Origin: Octopus vulgaris
Lineage: Eukaryota
NCBI GenBank assembly: GCA_951406725.2
Contig: OX597816.1
Coordinates: 27,032,001 to 27,096,000 of the forward strand
Direction of reading: 5' to 3'
Length of the DNA: 64,000 nt
The notes under the pieces: model-generated
Databases searched by the model: none
Seen by the model: only the letters and a program-made list of their open reading frames with translations
Told to the model about the DNA's origin: nothing
Part shown: positions 13,975 to 26,439 of the stretch, piece by piece
Layout: every line of letters starts with the position of its first letter
Position numbering within the stretch: position 1 is the stretch's first letter
Program-made: the position numbers and the translations under genes

Positions 13975-14395
13975 CACAAAGATATACAAACATAATATTC
14001 AAACAACCAGCCATACAGATCTAATGTTCACCTTACTTTACAAAAATCGGTAAATCCCTTTCACTACCCCACATTCGTAAAAATGTTCCGTCAAGAGGTA
14101 AACTCATAGCATAATTTCAGCATTTGAAATTATACGCGCATATATCGATTTCAAATTTTGGCACAAAGCCAGCAATTCTGGGGGAAAGGGTAAGTCAATT
14201 ATATCGGCTCCAGTACTCTACTGGTACTTATTTTATCGACTCCGAAAGGATGAAAAGCAAAACCAATCTCGACGGTACTTGAACTCAGAACATATAGATG
14301 GACGAAATACCGCTAAGCATTTTCCCCGGCGTGCTAACGATTCTGCCGGCTCGCTGCCCTATATATTCGTGCATATATTGCACACGCATAATTAA

Positions 14396-14426
<31 letters not shown>

Positions 14427-14429
14427 CTA

Positions 14430-15170
14430 AGAATCCATTGATCAGAAAAAATAGGCACTCGTATATTTGTCAATAGAGCGGGTATATAATTAAGCAAAGT
14501 GTAGAGTATTGTAGATCCATTACAGCCGATCTTACTAATTGGTTTCACACTGGCTCTTAGATAACTGGATATCAAATAACAGGACAGTTGTCTAAATACA
14601 TGTTATCCTCAGAGAAGGCAAGTATATATGGAGTGGGAGGGTGACTATACTATGGATAGTAAGTATTGAGGTTCATATTAAAGGGAGTGTCAGTCTATTT
14701 CTTTGTACTGCTAATTCACTCTTCATGGTCGGTTACACTTGCAATTGCCGTTGGCTGACCTTCAAGAATTCCCCGGTCATTTATAGATTGATAATTACTA
14801 CTCCACACTATAACACCCAATAAAACACTGATACTACTCTGCATTGGCTACTCTGCATTGATAAAGGGCAAATACCCTGAAACATATCTGCAGATGCCTG
14901 ACCAGCAAGGGGAAGTGGCTGACCTCCCCTGTTCGAAGGTTATAATGGACACAGGTTCATTTGTCATATAGCTAGCTTGAGGCGATGGCCTCTTGGAGCT
15001 AATCAACGGCAGCTTTAGTCCTATATTTATGGACTGCCATATTAGCTTGGCGATAACAGTTAATATAAAGCACTGATATTTGGACGAGAAATTCCAGCCT
15101 AAGTCAGAAGCGGACGTAATATTAGCAGCACGAGAAACCGTTATTAATTATGACAACAAACTGTGGACGG
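14430..15170. mobile_element. Decayed Penelope-like element fragments with a degenerate hammerhead motif
   Basis: + strand EADVILAARETVINYDNKLWT (~15108-15170) parallels DIRIIMNVRKSILIHGDSFYVKK in the PLE RT at 50.3 kb. Hammerhead-like motif at 14852-14894. Confidence 0.55.
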
Positions 15171-15581
15171 AGTTCCTTCAATATACCAATGGTTCGAGTG
15201 ACTTCGAATTCCTTCAGTATACCAACGAATTTTTTGGTCTGTACCTGTAAAAATAACAGGTGGTTTCTAACAAAGATACAAAGCTGCCTTATTGGATTGT
15301 AGCTAACAAAACCAACATGACATTATGAACAGTTATGCATATTTTTGTTGTCCCACTTATATATTATATTTGTAATTTGCGTGTTAGCTGGCTGGTTCCT
15401 TTAACAAAAGCAAGTACACCAATTATTATTGGTATAAATGTGAAATTGCAATCTGGATATAGAAGCTGGAGGTTTCGAGGCAGATGTATTTCTCTTCGAT
15501 TTTTGAAGAGATATTCACATCAGCAGAGCGGCTGACCTCTTTGACGTTACATACTTTTTCCTCTCTCTCAAACAACAATAT

Positions 15582-15652
<71 letters not shown>

Positions 15653-16080
15653 TTTTGCGTATGCGTACACGGACACATATGCAAATATGCATATATTCAA
15701 ATGTACACATTTCACATATGCAACACGCACGCACACACAAATGTATGTGTGCTTCTGTTTGAGTGAAAGAGAAAAATTAGTTCTAACTCTATCACATTTT
15801 TGTATATGAGTATACACGCACACACATACAGACAAGTACACGTATATGTGTGTGTGTGCGTATGTGTGTGTTTGTGTCTATCTCATGATGTCGACATGGG
15901 AATATAGATGGTCTTCGTTTTGTTTATCTCAGTTGATTTATGAGCCCATTCTTAACTTCGAAAATTCTTTCTTATTCAGAACAGGTAGTTCCAAATGGCA
16001 CATCAAATTTTACTTGTGGCTTATTATCTTTCTGTTTTTTCCCCCATTTCTCTTTCCTTCCAATTACACCCACACACACT

Positions 16081-16132
<52 letters not shown>

Positions 16133-16153
16133 TCTATGTATGTGTGTGTGTGA

Positions 16154-16197
<44 letters not shown>

Positions 16198-16255
16198 GCG
16201 CACACACACTCACACACACGTAAAACATTTTACATATAGTTACATGTAGTTATGA

Positions 16256-16316
<61 letters not shown>

Positions 16317-16682
16317 TGCGTGTATGTGTGTGTGTAAATAATGCACTCCTGAAAGTCTGGCCGTAACGAGGAATTCCGTATTGCAAAATAAATTTTCCTA
16401 TTGATTTTCATATTATCAAATGAGATTGCGTTCCTACGGACTTTGCTGAAGAAAATAAAGAAAAGGAAGCACAAGAAAACAACAGAGAACAAACATGATC
16501 ACCTTCATGCATGAAAATAGCTCTTCCTAGGAACATACAGTTCATTGTAGATTCATAAAACATTTCAAGAATCATAATACCGCTAAAGTACGTTCTTACT
16601 GTAAAAGATGTTGGCCACTGTGTGAGGGGTGGCGGTGGAATGAACGTTACTAGAAGGATTTGGGACAGTATCTTATTGTTTA

Positions 16683-16987
16683 CTAGCAGTATCGCCCGGC
16701 GTTGCTCGGGTTTGTAAGGGAAATAGCTATATAAGCATTTTTAGAGAGTTACTTCCCTTACATAACCCGAGCAAAAATCATTAAAAATGCGGAAAAATGA
16801 TGGTAATTTTTTTTTAATCGTAGACTCATCGTAGACGTGCGCTAATACTCAAAAGGGTTCGATATGAATGACGACTATAAGATACCCGCTTTTGGTTAAA
16901 CTGCACCGCAAAATGTGGGAGTAGTTAGGAATCTAAATCGGAGGAGACAGAGTCTCACACACACAACTTGAATTTTATATATAAAGA
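16683..16987 (-). mobile_element. Non-autonomous Helitron
   Basis: Reverse strand 5' TC...CCCGAGCAACGCCGGG hairpin...CTAG 3', inserted between A and T. Homologues at 20170 and 39752. Confidence 0.85.
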
Positions 16988-17055
16988 TTATTACAAACAT
17001 CAGCTTGACGAGTGAAGAACTTACCCAAAGTTATTCGGAAATAACTGTGGGATGA

Positions 17056-17303
17056 AGTAAACACACCAGCATCGGTTGTCAAGCAATGCTAGGGGGGCAA
17101 ACACAGACACACAAACATACACGCACACACACATATATATATACATATATACGACGGGCTTCTTTCAGTTTCCGTCTACTAAATCCACTCACAAGGCATT
17201 GGTCGGCCCGGGGCTATAGCAGAAGACACTTGCTTAAGGTGCCACGCAGTGGGACTGAACCCGGAACCATGCGGTTGGTTAGCAAGCTACTTACCACACA
17301 GCC
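17056..17303 (-). mobile_element. SINE family A, partial
   Basis: Matches the head and internal parts of other copies. Confidence 0.85.
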
Positions 17304-17329
17304 ATTAATTTCAAATCATCAGCAGCATT

Positions 17330-17990
17330 TGCTCCCGAAAGAAATGTCAAATGATTTTTGGAAGCTTTAATTCCTGATGTTGATTTTTCTTCTCGAAAAA
17401 TAAGAGCTTAAGCAGGCATGCGTTTCCATTAAAGTGCAGTCTCACCAACATTGTACACTTGCTCTGGTATGTAGCCCCACTTCAACAATCATTTTCATCA
17501 ACTGCTTAGGATAATTAGTAGCAACCTCTGCATCAGTTCTCACAGTTTCACCAGTCATTTTTATGCTATGCAAATTCATGCGCTTCTTAAACACTTCAAA
17601 CCAGCCTCTACTAGCAAAAAAGGGTCTTTCATTAGAAGTTTCACGTTCATTTTTCAGTAAATCGTCATATAAACTTTTGACTTTTAATTACCATCGTGTT
17701 TATCGGCACATTATACCAACTCTGATCCTCGATCCATACACTCAAGAATAGTTTCATTTTAAGCATTGAATTACATCTGTGGAAACGGAAAGTTAACGGA
17801 GTAGCTTCTTCAGCACTTGACATAATTTCTCTTTGTTGTCACGGTTGCAAGATTTAATGTTTTGGCAAACTTAGTTTTACTTCCGCACCAAGTCTTTTTA
17901 AAGCATCAAGTTTAATCCCTTTTCGGCTCCTTTTTGCACTATTACCTTCAGGTCTATTTGAGAGCTTCTTTTCAGACATCTCAAACTGAA
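17330..17990 (-). mobile_element. Decayed Tigger/pogo-like transposase fragment
   Basis: Reverse translation ASRGWFEVFKKRMNLHSIKMTGE matches the CENP-B/Tigger HTH motif ASxGWxxRFKKR...GE. Frameshifted. Confidence 0.75.
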
Positions 17991-19348
17991 AGCAAATCCA
18001 ATAGCAGCGGCAATTAATGATCCACACTAGATATGAAATAGAAAAAGAAAAAAAAAAATTGGCTCAGGAAAGATTTACTTTGCGGGAGCAGAAAATTGCT
18101 TTACTCCTATAGATGTAATAATATAAATGAGATGAAAAGGTGAAGAACTGGGGGAGAGAAAGTACTACATAATTACAGTTAGCTGAAGGGTCACCAGATT
18201 TTATAGGCAATTCGTCCTTTACACTTCAAACTTAGGGCATAAATACACAAACATTCTCATATACAGACACTCATACTCGTGCACACATATATGCTGTAGA
18301 TAGTTCGATTTAAAAGTTGGTGGGTTGATAATGATGATGATGTGGGTTGCATTGGTTTAGAAGTTAGTGATGGTGGCCGGGTATTGTTTATACAAAATAT
18401 TAGATATGTTTCGACTAAAGATTAGGCTTTGTATATACATGTTTTAATAGTATTAATTGTAGTTTTAAATTTCTTATAATTAAATTAGATAAACTTTGAT
18501 AAACTTAGATATGTTTCGACTAAAGATTGGTCCAGGCCATGTCTAATTTAATAGCATAACTTAGTTATTGTTTTTTTAAATTGATATTCGCTAGTTATTC
18601 CCATTGATAATTATATTTATAGTATTTATAGTATTTATTCGATACTATATTACTACGAATTGATTATTTCTATAAGTATTTTACATAAGATTTCCGAAAG
18701 TTCGTTTAAGTTTGTTTATTTGTATTTTGAAATTAGCTATTTCATCTTTAAATATGAAAAATTAATTTATTAGGTTTTTATTATATGTGCATATATATTT
18801 ATTTATAGCGATTATTTTAGATCTTAATTATAATATTTATATACATTTATATATTTTCATTGATAATTTATATATAATAGTCATTTAAAATATTTATGTA
18901 ATTAGATATAGATTAATACCGATATTAGATTATTGGTGGGTTTCCTACCTTATAAATTAAAATTAATATTTAACATTATAGTCGATTTTGATATAATCAT
19001 AATTGTTAAGTTTTATGTTTCTAGTTTGATAATAGAGTTTATTATAAGTAAAATTATTATATTATTTATATCTTAAAAATATTGTTTAAATATTTCTGAT
19101 TATTTTTTAGATATTTCAATTAACCTGAAGATTGACTGTAACCATAACTCGAATTATTAATTGAATTTAAATTATTGTTATTCGAATTGTACAGCCATGA
19201 AACGATCGTAGTGTTTTACTCTTTATCTTTTATTAAACTTTTTATACTTTTGATATATATTTAAAATAATATAAATTAAATTAATTTTATGTATTGGCTT
19301 ATGTTTTTCATTGTTTGATTTGCCTAATAGTTGTTTTATCTCTAATTT

Positions 19349-19434
<86 letters not shown>

Positions 19435-19455
19435 ATGTATGTATGTATGTATATG

Positions 19456-19487
<32 letters not shown>

Positions 19488-19489
19488 TG

Positions 19490-19522
<33 letters not shown>

Positions 19523-19545
19523 TTGTATGTATGTATGTATGTATG

Positions 19546-19580
<35 letters not shown>

Positions 19581-19587
19581 GTATATG

Positions 19588-19619
<32 letters not shown>

Positions 19620-19623
19620 TGTA

Positions 19624-19673
<50 letters not shown>

Positions 19674-19783
19674 TTAAAATGAGGGTGAGAAATTAGATAT
19701 TAATTTAATTAACATCGATTTCACACCAGTCGTCTAGATATAAAAAAAACTGAAGGTTCAGTAAAATTGTATTATACACACAT

Positions 19784-19837
19784 TAGAGGAAACCGCTATG
19801 TGGACACCCTTAGGCGTCCACATAGTGGTTTCCTCTA
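19784..19837. repeat. 54-bp hairpin/palindrome
   Basis: TAGAGGAAACCGCTATGTGGACACC-CTTA-GGCGTCCACATAGTGGTTTCCTCTA: 25-bp arms with 2 mismatches. Confidence 0.9.
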
Positions 19838-20169
19838 TGTATATATATAGAGAGAGAGAGAAGAACTACAAGAGAAAGAAAACATTTATGGACCGTTGAT
19901 TAGGGGCTTGCAAATCCAATACCCAAGATGCATTTTCAGCTTCACACATATTATTATTGGAGCAGCAGTGTAGATACCAGACCGTCTGGAGTAAAATATG
20001 GCTGAACTTGAGATCATAGGCAGAAATCGCAAATCCTTAATTGATACGCTACAAATGATCACGATATCTGGGACTATAAAAATCTGCAAGACTTTGAGAA
20101 TTAAAGGATAATGAACAAAATAGGATGCCTTCCTCCACGACCTTGCTATCAAGTAGGTGGTTGGTCAAA

Positions 20170-20597
20170 TCTTTATATATAAAAGTGAAGTTGTGTGTCT
20201 GTCTCCTACGATTTAGATTCCTAACTACTCCCACATTTTGCGGTGCAGTTTAACCAAAAGTGGGTATCTTATAGTCGTGATTCATATCAAGCCCTTCTGG
20301 GTATTAGCTCGCGTCTACGATGAGTCTACGATTTTAAAAATAATTTACCATCATTTTTTGCATTTTTCGCTATTATATAAGGGAAGTAACTCTCTAAAAA
20401 TGTCTACGATGAGTCAACGATTTTAAAAATAACCGAAAGGGGATGCGGTCCATGTCCTTTACCTCCTCCCACTTTGTCCATAATTTTTTTTTCCATTTTT
20501 AATGCATTTTTTTGCTATTTTTTGGCTATAACTCTCTAAAAATGGTTTTATAGTTATTTCCTTTACAAACCCGAGCAACGCCGGGCGATACTGCTAG
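20170..20597 (+). mobile_element. Non-autonomous Helitron
   Basis: A|TCTTTATATATAAAA ... CCCGAGCAACGCCGGG CGATACTGCTAG|T: canonical TC/CTAG termini, subterminal hairpin, no TSD. Confidence 0.9.
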
Positions 20598-21028
20598 TTT
20601 ATTCTAAATTAAAAAGAGAAAGAGAACATACATACATAAATACATGCATGCATACATATATAAATATTACCTTGCTAGAACAATCAGTCGCTTCTTATCG
20701 GTTGGAAACGATGTGTTGGTCCGGTTGTGTAAGATACAATTGGAACTGAACGAATGTGAATACATAATGAATGTATTATCTATGTGATTTGGGTGCGTTG
20801 GTAGTGGGACGTTCTTGTGGAGTTTCATGACAGTGAAGAATGGTCTGGGATAAATTCCAAAATGTCTAAGCCTGTGTGATGTATGTACGCAAGTTATGTG
20901 CGTGTGTGCATGTCTCTGTTAGTGATGCTTGGAAAGCACGCAGCCCCTAATTAACATGTACATATACGCACATAAACAAAGACAAATGTTTGTGTGTGTA
21001 TGTATGTGCGTATCTATTTGTCTGTCTG

Positions 21029-21145
<117 letters not shown>

Positions 21146-21321
21146 TCCGTTTTTTTCCCTTTTTCCCCCTTCCCCCCTTTTTTCTCTTCTTTCCCATTTA
21201 CGATCCCTTTTGATCGAAAACCTAACCCACCTCTTTTTTTCTCTCCTCTCCCCCAAAAAGAAAAGCTCTACTTTGTAATCTGTCCCGTCTGTGTGCAGCC
21301 CTGTTTGGCTAATAAAGAACA

Positions 21322-21419
<98 letters not shown>

Positions 21420-21779
21420 CCAAAGTAAGTACATAAATGTGAAACAAGGTGGGAAAAAATAGTACTCGAAAACCAGAGGTAGAGTAAAAGTATATCTATC
21501 TATATAGATAACAGGTAAGACTTTGTGTATTGAAAATAACCACGCTAAGATTTATCTGAGTTTCCAAATGCTTTAGTTACCCGCCTCACTGAGATAAAGA
21601 CGTACTATCAATAAATTAATACTGTGCAAGTGATACAGGGTAATAGCAATCACTGAATATAATGAATATTCCTTGATTGACTCTAGTTACTGTCTGTGAT
21701 TAAAAGACAAAGGTGAGAAAGATAAGATACTACCATATGACAAAAAAAATGACCAACTCAATGTGAAGTGGTGAACGCT

Positions 21780-22620
21780 GATGCACGTATATATACATAT
21801 ATATGTAGGTATGTACATATATGTATATATATATATATGCATATATTTATATATTATTTATATCATTATATGATTGAACGCCACGCATCCATTTCCAATT
21901 AAGTTTTATCTTAATAATTACAATACGCACTCTTATTCTATCTCTATTCTTTCTATCTATCTCCCTCTCTTGTTCTTCTTCCTTTCTGTTTTTCTCTCCC
22001 ACCCTTTCCCCATTCTTCTCCTCTCTCCTTCACTGTTCCCTCTCTCTCTCTCTCCCTCTATCACTCCTTCTTGACTCTCTCGTTGCTCACACGTGACCAA
22101 CGGCTATCCATCTTTCTTACTTTCACTTCTTTCCTAAAGACAAGACGTACTTTTACCTGTCTCTTCTCAAAGCTCGTTTTTCTAGCGTTCACCACTTCAC
22201 ATCATCTTGGCTTAACAGCTCTCACCGTTTGTTTTTACTGTTGTGTTCTCGCTGTCCTGTTTTTGTTAACACTTTCACCCTCCGCAAAAAAATCCCAAAT
22301 TTTATTTCATATGCTTTGCGGGAAGGATGCGGTGTAGATAAAACAGGGGACAACTGATGAAGGGAATATTCTTTATGTTGCCTGTCTCGTTTCTCTATTT
22401 CTTTGTTTCTTTCGTTGTTTGAAAAAAGTTCGGTTTCTATGGGTTTTTTTTATGTTCTCGTTTCTCGTTTTGTCTACGTTCTTTTTATGTCCTGTACCCA
22501 TATGCGCATGTATATATACATATATGTGTAGGTATGTACATATATGCATGTATATATGCATATATTTATACATTATTTATATCATTATATGATCGAACGC
22601 CACATATCTATTTCCAAGTA
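21780..22620 (+). mobile_element. Probable PLE-derived non-coding element with ~120-bp terminal direct repeats
   Basis: TATATTATTTTATATCATTATATGAT(T/C)GAACGCCAC...TTTCCAA occurs at ~21850-21898 and ~22570-22617, and again at ~47420-47468. Internal CTGATGAAGGG at ~22354. Confidence 0.5.
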
Positions 22621-22673
22621 TATGTGTGTGTGTGTGTGTGTGTATAACAAGGAGAATGTTGTGAGCAACACGT

Positions 22674-23304
22674 CTTACTGCATAATACAATTTATCATCG
22701 ACATTTTACCAGAAGAATTATTGCTGGAATACTATTTTATAATACACGAAATATTACATCGTATCAGCATTATTCTCGCAATACTGGGAAATGTCGACTC
22801 TTCAGGTGTGTGTATAAATCGGTTTTCTGAACTACCTCTTATTTCACAGATAATATACGTCTTCCTCATGATATTCAAATCAACCAGTCGAGAAATGGGA
22901 TGTATGAAGAGAACAAAAGAATAAAGGGAAAATAAATATATAAATAAATAAAGCATATAAGATGATTTAACTTTGTGTCTGCAGAATAATCGATCCCCTA
23001 ATAGATAGTGACTCCCCTAAGGTCACTAAGTTAGCTGACCACAACAGTTCAGTATTCACTTTATACTTTGATACCGCATTCGTTACCCAGTTTGCCGGCA
23101 ATTGATTTACAAACGGTCTGCTACTAAATATATTTATCACGCTCTCTTACTTCCCCGATGTGTATTTTGTGAAGACATATAAACTAATAAACTAAGCAAG
23201 TAACTACAATGAATGTAAAATGATCCAGGAATGAGGAATCAATTTCCGTTTCTTTATATCTATATGCACGCACACACACAAACACACGCATGCACACGCA
23301 CACA

Positions 23305-23355
<51 letters not shown>

Positions 23356-24360
23356 TTCTAAAACTCAATAATGTATAATAAATGCGCCCTTTTAAAGCCT
23401 AGCCAGGCTCATGGACCTAGTTTCCCGGTTTCAATGGCGTATGTGTTCCCCAACTGGACGGGACGCCAGTCCATCGCAGCGTTACTCATTTTTGCCAGCT
23501 GAGTGGACTGGAGCAACGTGAAATGAAGTGTTTTGCTCAAGAATACAAGCGTCGCCCGGTCCAGGAATCGAAACCACAATCTTACGATCATGGTGCTGAC
23601 ACCCTAACCACTGAGCCACGCGCGTCCACTCAATAATGTTTACCAAGTTGAAATTATCATGTAGTTATAAAATAATACAGTATATGTAGACATAGATATT
23701 CATAGATATATGCATACATTCTTATGCTCACATCTATACAGAAGTATAGAGATATAGACATGTAATACTGTGTGCAGATGATTGTATCAATAAATATATT
23801 CAATTACGTTAGCTAATCAGTTACACGTTCTCTATTAAATATTTTTTCCGTATTCCCAGAAAGTTTTTCTAAACTTGTGTTTACATCTTGTGGTTTACAT
23901 CGAATGTCTGTTAAGTCTTCCTTGTATAGTAATATAGACAAGGTCACTTCTGAGCAAAGAATGCATAATCTGGAGATCGCACCGTATCGTTACGCAGTTT
24001 TATCACTGACCAGGGGAAGCTTTGTTGTACCTTCTTTTCCGTCAGGCTCCAAATTAAGTTGGCAAGAAGTGTGGTGTACTTTTGTCTTTTTTTCTGAAAT
24101 GATGCATCGTAATTTTACGCCATGGAATTTTAAAGGAAGTTGCAATTGCACCTCTATATGCGAATTATTTTGCCTGACTCCTGACTGTGCATCTACATTT
24201 ACTTTGTAATAAGGGTTTACAATATACCTGAGAAGTTCATTTTCCAGTATTGCTAAAATAATACTGTTGCGATGTATTATTTCGTTTATTACACAATAAT
24301 ATTCCGGTAATAATTCTTCTGGTAAGTATCGATGAAACAATTGTAGTAATATGCAATAAG
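22674..24360. mobile_element. Segment bounded by ~135-bp inverted repeats (possible Pack-MULE/foldback-like element)
   Basis: 22674-22807 aligns with the reverse complement of 24226-24360. The ORF track shows it too (LPEELLLEYYFIIHEILHRISIILAIL vs LPEELLPEYYCVINEIIHRNSIILAIL). No TSD is visible; the right end abuts a SINE remnant. Confidence 0.6.
23385..23630 (-). mobile_element. tRNA-derived SINE (family C-related head, different body)
   Basis: Reverse strand GGACGCGCGTGGCTCAGTGGTTAGGGTG...GGTTTCGATTCC (A/B boxes). Confidence 0.8.
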
Positions 24361-24461
24361 GTCGATTTGTTCGACTAAGACTCTTAAAGGCGATGCCTCA
24401 TCATGGCTGTAGTCAAATGACTGAAAAAAGTAAAAGATAATATATATATATATATATATAT

Positions 24462-24832
24462 AGTAGAATGTATACTAGTTAGAATGTGTTCATAAAACAT
24501 CGTTTTCTCTTAGCTTTATTGAGAAAATTCTATAGTTTGTAAGATATTTGTTGTTGTTTTTTCTTCAATTTCTGCAATTTCAATCAATCACTGACATCCA
24601 TTGAGGTAATAAACATTCTGTGCCGTATGAATATGTCCCTCGTTTAAGCAACAGATTGGGTTTATTTACATTTGTGAAGAAAAAAAAATACCCTTTCCAC
24701 CACCCCTAACCCTAACTAACCCTAACCCTAAAACAGATTGAAATGCAATAGATCGATACTAGGGTCATAATTATGGGTGACAATTTCATGCGACACCGCT
24801 AGAAAAAACTGCCGTTCAAACCGAAAAGATCC
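24462..24832. mobile_element. Partial Merlin-like MITE (same family as 42776 and 62821)
   Basis: Right TIR AAAAACTGCCGTTCAAACCGAAAAGATCC and internal CCCTAA repeats. Confidence 0.8.
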
Positions 24833-25367
24833 CATATACTCACGTGATCTAGGAAAGAGAAAAAGATGGTGGTGGGGAGTATCAGAAAAATCAGGTCGGT
24901 AAGAGGATGAAAAGGATGAGAAAAGACAAGATATTTGAAGGTGAGATCAGTAGAATAGTGACTGGCGATAGTGGAAGTGAATAAAAGTAAGAGCATATGA
25001 TAAAGATATGAATAGATGTTGGCTATCAGTAGAGGCAGCCCAGATGAATGAGATGAGAGTGATGGTTGATAATACAAAAGAGCAAAGCTGTTATGCATTG
25101 AGGATACAGTAATGCAATCTGTTATAGATGGGCTTGGAAAAAGGTGATGGGTTAGAGTGAGTAAAATAGGGTCAGTAGAAGTGATGGGGAGATGAGAGAT
25201 CGAGGGTTATGAGTGATAAAGATGCGAGTTTAGCGGGGAGTGGGTAATAGGTTAATGAGATGATGTGAAGGTCTATTACAATCTTCATGTAATGAATAAT
25301 GCACGCACCTCTTTGAATGTGCTCTCGTTTATGGGGGCACCACTGTATTAAAGGAAGGATATGCTAA

Positions 25368-25418
<51 letters not shown>

Positions 25419-26119
25419 CTGTTTAAGCATGAATGTTTTATTCATGCGCGAAGGAGCGCTGAGTTAAGAGACACAATAGACGGTGGGCTGAATCAATTCT
25501 TTGCAATATTTAGTTTTGTCCATTTGCATTCTGAATTCAAGTCCCAATGCAATTGACTTTGACCTTTATTCCTTACGAGACTCGAACATACATTGCAATA
25601 ACAGAGTGGGAGGATGATCGATTCGTTTAACTAAAATCACCCTTCTAGAAACGTGTGGCCATTCGCCAAAGAAGCATTCTAAACGTTGACATACACGTTT
25701 AACGAATATAGATTTTAAACTTTGGCAGAACATAACTTTGGCAGCGACCACAAATTTTGTTTTATGAGATTGGGAGAAGGAAAAAAGCAAGTTATTCTCA
25801 AAGACAGGGTTTAAATACTTACAGCAGATTATATACCACTAAAGGTATCCGAGGGCTACGTAGTAAGTTTTAAAGTAAACGAAAGATTAAGTCTGTCACC
25901 TCAAAACAGGAACAGTTCTTCGGACGAGTTTCTACAGAGTTTCCATCTATCAAAATTCACCGACATTGGGTGACCAAAGTCAGCCAAAAACTATGGTACA
26001 AGAGATTGGCAAAAACATTCATTTATGAACTGTACAGTTTATGTCAGCGGTTCCCAAACTTATATTGTTGTGGAATTCTTAGACGATTTTCTAAAAATTA
26101 CGAAATACATATCAACATT

Positions 26120-26237
<118 letters not shown>

Positions 26238-26244
26238 TTATGTA

Positions 26245-26314
<70 letters not shown>

Positions 26315-26439
26315 GAAAAGGAACACACGAGTTGATATGTATAAGGAAAATAAGACAAGGTAGAAATACTAAAATAATTTTATCATGAACATTTTAGTAC
26401 CGGTTTCAGTCTTTGCGACTTTTTCAACTTAGAGTAAAG

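Noticed and set aside
18390-19350. Mitochondrial insertion (NUMT)
   Set aside because: No mitochondrial tRNA, rRNA or ORF recognised. AT richness alone is not enough; BLAST is needed to exclude the control region.
24703-24731. Interstitial telomere or chromosome fusion scar
   Set aside because: Only a few CCCTAA units, and they are an internal part of the MITE family.
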